DNA of 63,642 bases, filler included, from Octopus bimaculoides (taxonomy: Eukaryota), in NCBI RefSeq assembly GCF_001194135.2. It is 5 parts of 5 records of this genome, joined end to end, with 100 filler letters (N's around TTAATTAATTAA, not from the genome) between each part and the next. Parts side by side here need not be neighbours in the genome. Positions count along the whole stretch, not along the records: positions 1 to 20,576 come from NC_068991.1; positions 20,677 to 33,867 come from NC_069001.1; 3 more parts are not named here. One strand, 5' to 3'. A program made the translations under genes and the position numbers. Position 1 is the stretch's first letter, and the number at the start of each line of letters is the position of its first letter. The notes beneath the pieces are model-generated. The model made no database searches, was not told the origin of the DNA, and saw only the letters and a list, made by a program, of their open reading frames with translations. This document shows, piece after piece, positions 12,867-23,470 of this stretch.

Positions 12867-12989
12867 TGTTACCTGAATAAAAGATACATTAAAATAATAT
12901 CTTGACCTTGTGGATAAGGGCATTGCAACCCTTAGTTTAGGAACAAAGGATTCTTTGTTGAAATCCGAGTATTTAGAAGAAACGATACG

Positions 12990-13248
12990 TTATCTACATT
13001 ATTTACATTTGACGGATATTTATCCTCATCTTGTTTGCTATCAACACAACGTTTCAGCTGATATACTCTCCGGCCTTCATCAGGTGTACTGGGGGAATTC
13101 GAACCTGGATTCTCATTCTTAAGGTATTTTTCCAATGTTATTATTATCATTATTATTATTATTATCATTATTCAAGTCATTACCTGGAATCGAACTCGGA
13201 ATCTTGGAGTTAGTAGCCCGCGCTCTTAACCACTACGCCATATGCCCG
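12990..13248 (-). mobile_element. tRNA-headed SINE (family E) with a Penelope-like, hammerhead-bearing 3' region
   Basis: Head GGGCATATGGCGTAGTGGTTAAGAGCGCGGGCTACTAACTCCAAGATTCCGAGTTCGATTCC (A and B boxes), then (TAA/TGA)n, then ACAC-CTGATGAAGGCCG..CAGCT-GAAAC-GTT-GTGT, then the tail AATGTAAATAATGT. Confidence 0.75.
13044..13087 (-). ncRNA. Minimal type I hammerhead ribozyme motif (Penelope-type, palindromic stem III)
   Basis: Stem I ACAC/GUGU, core CUGAUGA, stem II GGCCG/CAGCU (one C-A mismatch), GAAA, self-complementary AACGUU with no loop III, cleavage triplet GUU. Confidence 0.6.
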
Positions 13249-13543
13249 AGTGCATTTTTGGAGTTAATTTTAGGGCTTATAAATCTAATATTTTCCTATC
13301 CTTCCTTAATACTAGTTCCCATATCCTACTCATATCTGCACTAGGTTTTCTTAGGATGTTATCATGTCCTAGCATATGTGCTGCTTCTTTTAGTTTTCCA
13401 GTGGAGTTCTCTGTCTATCTCTGACATAATAACCTCCTAAGCAGACCTAGTATATCGCGTTAGTAGTCGGTACATTTACAGTCTTATTAATAACTGACCT
13501 TAGATATTTAAGGGAGTTTATAGTTGCAATTTTATACGACACA

Positions 13544-14141
13544 GGCGGCGAAATGCTTAGCGGTATTTCGTCTGTCTCTACGTTCTGAGTTCAAATTCCG
13601 CCGAGGTCGACTTTGCCTTTCATCCTTTCGGGGTCGATAAATTAAGTACCAGTTACGCACTGGGGTCGATGTAATCGACTTAATCCGTTCGTCTGTTCTT
13701 GTTTGTTCCCTCTATGTTTAGCCCCTTGTGGGCAATAACGAAATAGGTATTTCGTCTGTCTTTACTTTCTGAGTTCAAATTCCGCCGAGGTCGACGTTGC
13801 CTTTCATCCTTTCGGGGTCGATAAATTAAGTACCAGTTGCGTACTGGAGTCGATCTAATCGACTAGCCCCCTCCCCCAAAATTTCGGGCCTTGTGCCTAG
13901 AGTAGAAAAGAATATTTGAGATACGTAAGGCGGTGAGCTGGCAGAAACGTGAGCACGCCGGGCGAAATGCTGAGCGGTATTTCGTCTGTCTTTACTTTCT
14001 GAGTTCAAATTCCGCCGAGGTTGACGTTGCCTTTCATCCTTTCGGGGTCGATAAATTAAGTACCAGTTGCGTACTGGGATCCATCTAATCGACTGGCCCC
14101 TCCTCAAAAATTTCAGGCCTTGTGCCTAGAGTAAAAAAGAA
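13544..14141 (+). mobile_element. Three head-to-tail SINE family A copies (13544-13745, 13747-13912, 13926-14141)
   Basis: Three repeats of ttctgagttcaaattccgccgaggt..ctttcatcctttcggggtcgataaattaagtaccagtt. The third is full length; the first has a different 3' tail. Confidence 0.92.
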
Positions 14142-14274
14142 TTTTATAAGACACTATATCTGCTGTAGTTCAGTTTCGGATCAGCACCAGCTATCTCGGC
14201 TTTTCTTTCTTTGAGGTATAGTATTCATCATCATCATCATCATCATCAACAACAACAACAACCCGTGGACATTA

Positions 14275-14540
14275 TTGTCTCGAGTCCTAGGAGTCATAGA
14301 GTCAGTTACTCGGTTTTCATACCAAATAAGTGATCATGTTCACAGCAACCCTTCCCCCACTGAACGGGATATTAATCCGTCGCAGGGTTACCCATTTGCA
14401 GATGAGTATAGTGGAGCAACGAGACATCAAGTGTTTTTATCAAGAACGCAACACAACACAACACACCGCCAGGTCTGGGAATCGAAAGTACGTTCTTACA
14501 CGATCCTGAGTGCAATACTCGCATCACTAGGCCACGCACC
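14275..14540 (-). mobile_element. tRNA-derived SINE (family F), diverged
   Basis: Reverse head GCGTGGCCTAGTGATGCGAG..TTCGATTCCCAGACC, followed by aacacttg..cgttgctccact and aaccctgcgacgga; related to 50818-50990. Confidence 0.6.
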
Positions 14541-15414
14541 CTCATTTATGGGATTATCAATTTATCAAATAACCACATTATCAAATATATATCCTTTCTA
14601 CTTTAAAGTGATAAATATGATATGAAATAGATATGGCTGCTACTTTTAGCTGACCGAGTGGTTGCATAGATAATCCCTCGTTTGATCGGTGGTTGAACAG
14701 CTGAATATATAAATGGAGAAACATATAAGAAAACAGTTGTTGTTGTTGTCTAGCACGTACTAAATTATAAATGTAGGACTATGATACTGACCGCGAAGAA
14801 GGAAAACTATAATTTGCAAGTTCTGGCTTTTAGTTTCGATTTCATGTCATTAAGAGAGATACAATAAACCTCACTGCTTTGACAGCACGTCAGTCTTTCA
14901 TAGATAACATTACTGAAAGGTTAGCAAATATTCTTGGCAATTAAGCGAAGCGGGACACAGAATTATGCATAGCGTCACAAAATGCTGCGATACACTTGCA
15001 GTGGATTTCAACTGGAGATCCACCCGCATTTTATCTAACGTGTTTAGGTCAAAGCCACTCGACTATTTCTTGTCTTCGTTGTAGTCATGGAGTATTACTT
15101 TAGCTGACCAGGCATCGTCCAATGCAATTTGTACGCTAAAAATGGAAGCTACAGTTGTAGATCTGCTATGCTAACAATATACTTACACTCATTAATAATC
15201 GAAATGTAAGACATAAATAAGTTGTATAAAATGTCAGAAATCAATTTTATAGCGTAATCTGTATATATACATATAACATTCTTGGCAGTAATGTTGAGGG
15301 CATCGGTCAGAATTCCATGAGGTATTAATTTTTGCGTTTTTAGTTCAAATCCCTCCGGGATCAATTTTCCTTATAGGGTAGACGAATAAAGTACCATCTA
15401 ATACTGGAGTTGAT

Positions 15415-15480
15415 CTTTCTTTCTTTATATCTATCTTTCTTTCTATCTATATGTCTTTCTATCTATCTTTCTATCTGTCA

Positions 15481-15532
<52 letters not shown>

Positions 15533-15625
15533 ATCTGTCTTTCTATCTTTCTTGTGTTTTCTTTCTTTCTTCATCTCACTCTCGCTTCTCTCTTTCTTTC
15601 TCTTTCTTTCTCCCTCTCTCTTCTT
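15415..15625. repeat. (TCTA)n/(TC)n compound microsatellite
   Basis: Direct reading. Similar tetranucleotide arrays occur at 4662-4722 (TATG), 29885-30045 (AGAT), 44990-45105, 48570-48665 (TAGG) and 50290-50375 (ATCC). Confidence 0.95.
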
Positions 15626-15893
15626 TTCTTTGGAAGACATAGATTGTTTTCAAACATGGAGAGGATTGGACTCCAGGTTTGAAAAGGTTCAAGATACGCC
15701 GTATGTTACCAAGGCTCTCTTACGACACAACCAGGAGTCGAGGTTTCAAGGAAGGATTCATAACACTGTACGGTTGTCCAAAATATGAATAAGCAATCTG
15801 TAGTTGTACTGCTACTAGAATGGCTTCATGCAGCATAAAAGAGAAGAAAAGAAACAAACAGAATAAAAACAGATACACAGAAGAGTTCGCTAC

Positions 15894-16016
15894 CTTCGTT
15901 GATTCGTTCCCCATTCATGTTCTTCAAAGCGTCTGATTTCCATCGCCGGTTGTACAGTTCCCTATGTTTAACTATGTCTTGGATAGCATTCCAGAAATTG
16001 TCCGGGTTGGCAACCC
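15894..16016 (-). CDS. Internal coding exon (123 bp, phase 1-1) of an unidentified host gene
   Basis: Acceptor tttatttcttttttctctttacag|GG and donor GAAG|gtagcg. Open reading (G)VANPDNFWNAIQDIVKHRELYNRRWKSDALKNMNGERINE, with non-repetitive, protein-like composition. I do not recognise the family. Confidence 0.65.
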
Positions 16017-16959
16017 CTGTAAAGAGAAAAAAGAAATAAAAAAGACTGTTAACAAATGTACAAAACAGATAGTACACACATACAGCTATACCATCTTTTC
16101 CAAGCCATTACTACGTCAGTTATCATAAACATCACTCCCATCATTATCAACACCATTATCATAACCACCAACACCAATACAGCCACGGTCGCCATCCCCA
16201 TCATCATCACCAGTTCTGACATGATACAAGATAGATCTAAAGGTGGCGGTCCTATCAAAACGAATTTCCGAAAATGGATATTTACAGCAAATACATTTGC
16301 TATTTATTCTAATAAACGTTAATTGTTACAGCAGCGTCTGTGAAATTTAAGTTACAGTTGTAACAGCATATTTTATAGTTACGTCTTTAGAGATGGGAGT
16401 CTCACAAGCCAACGAGGAAACCATTACGTGGTCCTTTGACCTCCTAGAAATAGCAGTCAAGTTTCTTTAAATCGCATCCTACCGCCTTAGGAAAGGTTAA
16501 ATTGAATAATGTGGTCTTGGGTTCAATGAAGATAAAAATACGAGACGGTCAGGATTGGGTTGTCATTGACCATAGATATGCTCAATCAAGGCCAGCCTGG
16601 GGCTAACAACAACAACCTTACATTTTAGTGTAACACCTTGGGATTACATATTACTGGTACAACTACAAATATCCCCACCCACCCATATATATATATAATG
16701 TAATATAAAGCTGAAAAAAAAAAAAAAATTAACACCAAATATACAGTGCGTGTGTTTTTATTGGCTAAACTGGCAATATGACCATCCCCAAGTACAACAA
16801 TATATATATNNNNNNNNNNNNNNNNNNNNNNNNNNNNNNNNNNNNNNNNNNNNNNNNNNNNNNNNNNNNNNNNNNNNNNNNNNNNNNNNNNNNNNNNNNN
16901 NNNNNNNNNNNNNNNNNNNNNNNNNNNNNNNNNNNTATATATATTTATGAAGTTATATC

Positions 16960-17525
16960 CCATATAACTTCACATGAGGGTTACAGCAAAAGTTATATTT
17001 AAGTGTTACGGCTTATAGTTACAGAAACAACTTTTCGCATAAATACTACCGATGGAACTGTACTTTAGTGTTACACTTACAGTTACAACCACACCTTTGT
17101 GTTACAAATACAACTACAGTTATAATTGTAGCCCAGTGTTACAGTTGAACCTAAGTGTTACAGATACAACTTGAAGACTAATGCTACATTTACAACTACA
17201 ATTACACATCTGTGTTACAACTACAGCTCAGTGTTACGGCTATATTTCAGTGTTTGCTATAGATGCACTTAAACGTTACAGTTATAGTTACACATTTGTG
17301 TTACGGCTATAACTAGAGTTTAGTATTAGATCTATAGTTACAACTACAGTTTAGTTATAGTTGATGGTACAACAACAGTAGCACATTTTTGTTACAACTA
17401 CAAACAGACCTCAGTGTTACAAATACAGTTACATATTTGTGTTACTGTTAGCTCTTAATGCTACAGTAGCAGTTACAACTAGCACCTTAGTATCACAACC
17501 ACAGTTACAATTTAGTACTGAAGCT
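16960..17525. repeat. Degenerate GTTACA/ACTACA minisatellite-like tract
   Basis: Dozens of gttaca/ctaca/gtgttac units with A/C/T bias. Confidence 0.8.
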
Positions 17526-18119
17526 TCGGATACAAAAAACGATAGTGCAGGAAATTTCGAATTAGTGACCGGTGTGTTGTTAAGACCATTAGAAGCAAAA
17601 TACTTTTAGCCTTTGCTAAAGCATTTTTATAAAAGAAAGCTCTACTGTGGTCATAGTTACACTGGAAATATAACTTGGCGAGCAGTCTGGCCTCAACAGT
17701 CTTGGAAGATAACCAGGTTAGGAGGAGCGTGAACCATCACTGTATCTTTGATTGAGTAGCAACGGAGAGGCGAAAGCTCACAGTCAACCGTAGCTGCAAA
17801 TCGGGTCTGAAGAGAACTTAGGGCCTATCATCTCTATTTATTCCCGAAGAAAGCATGACGAATGGACCGAAGCATGTGACAAAATAATGGTGGTTGTGTC
17901 TGAGAGCTCTGTGAAGATGGGGATATTTGTTCATTACAGATTCGAAAAATGTAGAAAAGAGAAGAAAAAGAAAGAAAAAAATCTTGGATGCGAGGGAATT
18001 AGCGGCTGTTCGTGTTGGTAAAGAACCACCTCCCGCCAAAACCCCCCACGAAACTCCACAAAAAACCCCTTAATAATTATTAATAAGAGTTGTGAAATAT
18101 GGGTGGAGGTAAGTTCTGT

Positions 18120-18394
18120 CCTTAAGGATCTGTGACCATCATCTTCTTCGTCATCACCACCACTGGCACCACATAATATAACACTAATGTCAGTATGACC
18201 GCCATAATATCGCCACTAATACCACAGACGCTACTACCATCATCACCACTACTGTTACCATAGCCATCATATCACCACCACTTCTGATGTCACTACGACC
18301 AGAACTACTGGTACCACCGTCACCTCCGCGACCACTTCCACCACCAACAACCACCACCAGCCACCGCTACCACCACCATCACAACTCTTATTCA

Positions 18395-18426
<32 letters not shown>

Positions 18427-19285
18427 CGCACTTCCACTATTATCACCATCATCCACTACAACCACCACCACTATAATTTCCACCACACATATACACACAC
18501 TTACGACGACGACGACGACGACGACCACCACCACCACCACCACCACCACCACCACNNNNNNNNNNNNNNNNNNNNNNNNNNNNNNNNNNNNNNNNNNNNN
18601 NNNNNNNNNNNNNNNNNNNNNNNNNNNNNNNNNNNNNNNNNNNNNNNNNNNNNNNNNNNNNNNNNNNNNNNNNNNNNNNNNNNNNNNNNNNNNNNNNNNN
18701 NNNNNNNNNNNNNNNNNNNNNNNNNNNNNNNNNNNNNNNNNNNNNNNNNNNNNNNNNNNNNNNNNNNNNNNNNNNNNNNNNNNNNNNNNNNNNNNNNNNN
18801 NNNNNNNNNNNNNNNNNNNNNNNNNNNNNNNNNNNNNNNNNNNNNNNNNNNNNNNNNNNNNNNNNNNNNNNNNNNNNNNNNNNNNNNNNNNNNNNNNNNN
18901 NNNNNNNNNNNNNNNNNNNNNNNNNNNNNNNNNNNNNNNNNNNNNNNNNNNNNNNNNNNNNNNNNNNNNNNNNNNNNNNNNNNNNNNNNNNNNNNNNNNN
19001 NNNNNNNNNNNNNNNNNNNNNNNNNNNNNNNNNNNNNNNNNNNNNNNNNNNNNNNNNNNNNNNNNNNNNNNNNNNNNNNNNNNNNNNNNNNNNNNNNNNN
19101 NNNNNNNNNNNNNNNNNNNNNNNNNNNNNNNNNNNNNNNNNNNNNNNNNNNNNNNNNNNNNNNNNNNNNNNNNNNNNNNNNNNNNNNNNNNNNNNNNNNN
19201 NNNNNNNNNNNNNNNNNNNNNNNNNNNNNNNNNNNNNNNNNNNNNNNNNNNNNNNNNNNNNNNNNNNNNNNNNNNNNNNNNNCAA

Positions 19286-19372
<87 letters not shown>

Positions 19373-19693
19373 AACCACTCACCCTCCCTGCCATCAGCAG
19401 TACCACTACCATCACCACCACAACCATCATCATCATCATCACTTATACCAGCAACACCACCAGCATCAACAGCATCAACAGCATCAACAGCATCAACAGC
19501 ATCAACATCACCATCAGCGCCGCTGATAGCAAATCCACATCGCATCCACCAGTTGCTAGTCAACTAACTAAACGACGACCACCATCATTACTACCGCCGC
19601 TACTACTACTACTATCACCACAATAGGAACATCCAGAGGTGATAGTCATGACGACGGGGGCCACCCTGCATCGCCATCCCCCCGTTTCTTTTA

Positions 19694-19746
<53 letters not shown>

Positions 19747-20160
19747 GACCACTAGGGCTGCTACTAATATTACTACTACTGCTACTACCGCCACCAACAC
19801 ACCACCATAGCGGTTACNNNNNNNNNNTACTACTACTACTACTACTACTACTACTACGACTACTACAACCACCACCACCACCACCACCACCATTACGGCT
19901 GCTATTAATATTACTACGACTGCTACTACCGTCACCACCACACCACCATGGCGGCTACTGCTGCTGCTGCTGCTACTACTACTACTACTACTGCTGCTAC
20001 TACTACTACTACGACGACGACAACGACGACAACAACGACTGCTACTACTACTACCATCGTCAACTTACAAGAAAAATCAGAGCTGCTGATCCACTTATGC
20101 TACCAACGGGACCGCCACCACCACCACCACCACCACGAACGACAGCAACAACAGTGAACG
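18120..20160. repeat. Compound trinucleotide microsatellite field (CAC/TAC/CAT/CAA) containing a ~130-bp tandem duplication
   Basis: Runs of (ACT)n, (ACC)n and (ACG)n. The block gctgctaYtaatattactac..ctgctactacc..cacaccaccat occurs at ~19757 and ~19898. Confidence 0.9.
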
Positions 20161-20511
20161 TAGCATATGTTCAGAATCCCCCACCAAATCTCTTCTTCTC
20201 AGTACGCATTCTATTCATATTTCATATTACGCTTTTCATCCCAAAAAGACAAAACAAATCTATAAGATGGCTGCATCAGGACCTTAGCTTCGGGTAATCA
20301 ACACGATTGCTTATCGTTTAAGACTAGACAGTGATTCACACCCCTGGATGAAGATTTGTCCTTTACCCAGCTTGGTTTCTATGTCGGTCAATTATCGATC
20401 AGCAACACCGCATGTATTCATTCGAAATAAATAAACAGAAAGCTAGAAGAATATCCATCGTATGATAATTGTCGTTGTCCTGTCTGTCTGTTGCAAATCT
20501 GTCTACCTATC

Positions 20512-20576
<65 letters not shown>

Positions 20577-20620
20577 NNNNNNNNNNNNNNNNNNNNNNNN
20601 NNNNNNNNNNNNNNNNNNNN

Positions 20621-20632
20621 TTAATTAATTAA
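20621..20632. other. Assembly spacer TTAATTAATTAA in a 44N-12-44N block (also 33912-33923, 54505-54516, 60128-60139)
   Basis: The identical 12-mer has TAA stops in all six frames and is always flanked by exactly 44 N on each side (100 bp in total). Confidence 0.95.
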
Positions 20633-20676
20633 NNNNNNNNNNNNNNNNNNNNNNNNNNNNNNNNNNNNNNNNNNNN

Positions 20677-23470
20677 TTTTAAAGTCGTTGTAGGCTTATC
20701 GTTGCAGCCCGTCCCCCAGCGGGGGTGGGATCTGAACTGTTATTTATTTTGAACTGTTATCCTCGTTAAGAGGAAAAACAACATCATAAGTTTCCCGTTT
20801 TGGGGGATTAATTTATGCTGTAGGATTTATCTATTTTTGAACTGTTCTCCTCGTTAAGAGGAAAAGACACAACATAGGTTTCCCATCTTTAATGTGTACT
20901 GTGCTGTGTGGGAAAGCTGAACTTCGACCGTGCGGGCTTTCTTATTTGAACTGTTGTCCTCATTAAGAGGGAAACAAACACAATATAGATTCCCCGTTTT
21001 GAGGGATTAATTTATGCTGTAGGATTTATTTATATCTGAACTGTTATATTCGTTAAGAGGAAAAAACACAACATAGGTTTCCCATCTTAAATGTGTTCTG
21101 TGCTGCGTGGGAAAGCTGAACTTCGGGCGTGTGGGCTTTATTTGAACTGTTGTCCTCATTGAGAGGGGAAAAAACATAATATAAGGTTTCCCGTTTTGAG
21201 GGATTAATTTATGCTGTAGGATTTATTTATTTTTGAACTGCTATCCTCGTTAAGAGGAAAAAACACATATAGGTTCCCTGTCTTTAATGTGTTCTGTGCT
21301 GTGTGGGAAAGCTGTGTATTGCCTTTATGGCAAAAATATTGAAGTATCTTCCTTAGCCATTGCGCATGCGTTGACTAGTTGATTTCTGGATTGTACATTG
21401 ACAAGACGTATTTTTGAGGCCGTCTTGAAGTGAAGACAAGTTGAAAGCGTGACTGTAAGGTAGGCATCTGTTTTTGTTTTTCTGGGAATTTAATGTGGTT
21501 TGTGGTTTGGTATTGGTTTTTATTTTTTCAAAGAGAAAATCTACTGAGTCCCGGACATTTGCCTACCTGAAGTCGCGCTAAGTGATTGTTTGTGAACTTG
21601 TTTGTGGCAACATATCCCGCCTCAAAATTTGTTCACCTCGACTGGATAGTTTTTCTGTTCACTAAACTGTTTCGAATTGGAAGTTGTTGCATATCCGTTC
21701 GAGGAATACTGTGAAAAATATGGATTGTTGCTGTTTTACAAGCAAAGCGTACGCTTGTGAGCAACACAACCAGGATTTATTGGATTCTACAAGACTGAGT
21801 ACCAGGTACGAGTCGGGCTGGAGTACAGGTGTAGCCCGAATTGTTCTGCTATGGATTTTTGTGTTGAGCTGTTTTTTTTTCTTTCTCTCTTCATTTTTGC
21901 ATGAGCTGTCTTTTTTTTATTGATCTGTTGTTTTTCTTGTTTCTACTGAACCATTTTACTTCAGACGTTTTTTGCTGATTCTTAAGGATCCCCCACCCCA
22001 CCCCCGTCGGTGTCGGACGTGTTTTTGGAGTGTTGCTGTTGAAATTATTGTTGTCGTGTCGAATATTTGCGAATTGTCGAAAATTGTTAAATTGAACTGT
22101 TCATATTCTTTATGCTTTTTCCCGCTGACGAGAGAAAGGAATTGTTTGTGTAAAGCCATTTTTGGATCATTACATGCTAAAAAAATTGAGCTTTTTAAAG
22201 TCGTTGTAGGCTTATCGTTGCAGCCCGTCCAACAGCGGGGGTGGGATCTGAACTGTTATTTATTTTGAACTGTTATCCTCGTTAAGAGGAAAAACAACAT
22301 CATAAGTTTCCCGTTTTGGGGGATTAATTTATGCTGTAGGATTNNNNNNNNNNNNNNNNNNNNNNNNNNNNNNNNNNNNNNNNNNNNNNNNNNNNNNNNN
22401 NNNNNNNNNNNNNNNNNNNNNNNNNNNNNNNNNNNNNNNNNNNNNNNNNNNNNNNNNNNNNNNNNNNNNNNNNNNNNNNNNNNNNNNNNNNNNNNNNNNN
22501 NNNNNNNNNNNNNNNNNNNNNNNNNNNNNNNNNNNNNNNNNNNNNNNNNNNNNNNNNNNNNNNNNNNNNNNNNNNNNNNNNNNNNNNNNNNNNNNNNNNN
22601 NNNNNNNNNNNNNNNNNNNNNNNNNNNNNNNNNNNNNNNNNNNNNNNNNNNNNNNNNNNNNNNNNNNNNNNNNNNNNNNNNNNNNNNNNNNNNNNNNNNN
22701 NNNNNNNNNNNNNNNNNNNNNNNNNNNNNNNNNNNNNNNNNNNNNNNNNNNNNNNNNNNNNNNNNNNNCTAGTTGATTTCTGGATTGTACATTGACAAGA
22801 CGTATTTTTGAGGCCGTCTTGAAGTGAAGACAAGTTGAAAGCGTGACTGTAAGGTAGGCATCTGTTTTTGTTTTTCTGGGAATTTAATGTGGTTTGGTAT
22901 TGGTTTTTATTTTTGCTGATTCTTAAGGATCCCCCACCCAACCCCCGTCGGTGTCGGACGTGTTTTTAGAGTGTTGCTGTTGAAATTATTGTTGTCGTGT
23001 CGAATATTTGCGAATTGTCGAAAATTGTTAAATTGTTGAACTGTTGATATTCTTTATGCTTTTTCCCGCTGACGAGAGAAAGGAATTGTTTGTGTAAAGC
23101 CATTTTTGCATCATTACATGCTGAAAAATTGAACATTATAAAGCTGTTGTAGGCTTACCGTTGCACGCCGCACCGCAGCCGGGGTGGGATCTGAACTGTT
23201 ATTTATTTTTGAACTGTTATCCATGTTAAGACGAAAAACACATCATAAGCTTCCCGTTTTGAGGGATTAATTTATGCTGTAGGATTTATTTATTTTTGAA
23301 CTGTTATACTCTTTAAGAGAAAAAAAGCACATATAGGTTTCCCGTCTTTAATGTGTTCTGTGCTGTGTGGGAAAGTTGAACTTCGGCCGTTGTAGGCTAT
23401 ATTATTTGAACTATTGTCCTCATTATGAGGAGAAAAAAGAGATTATAGGTTTCCCGTTTTGGAAAATTAA
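20677..23470. repeat. Hierarchical tandem repeat (hairpin monomers within a ~1.5-kb higher-order unit)
   Basis: The unit start ttaaagtcgttgtaggcttatcg recurs at 20681, 22197 and ~23140. GAACTGTTNTCCTCRTTAAGAGG monomers occur at 20751, 20839, 20948, 21038, 21144, 21235, 22267, 23211, 23298 and 23408. Confidence 0.95.

Noticed and set aside
13180-13248. tRNA gene (also the heads at 39365, 54351, 59540 and elsewhere)
   Set aside because: The A and B boxes are present, but the cloverleaf is incomplete and continues into SINE bodies; these are SINE heads.
20948-20980. CTGTTGT-CCTC-ATTAA-GAGG-GAAAC in the array monomers resembling a hammerhead
   Set aside because: The invariant A6 and A9 positions are T in all monomers and there is no stem III/UH; coincidental resemblance.
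20751-21300. CRISPR-like regularly spaced repeats
   Set aside because: The inter-repeat sequences are themselves repeated (alternating dimer), there are no unique spacers or cas genes, and the context is eukaryotic.
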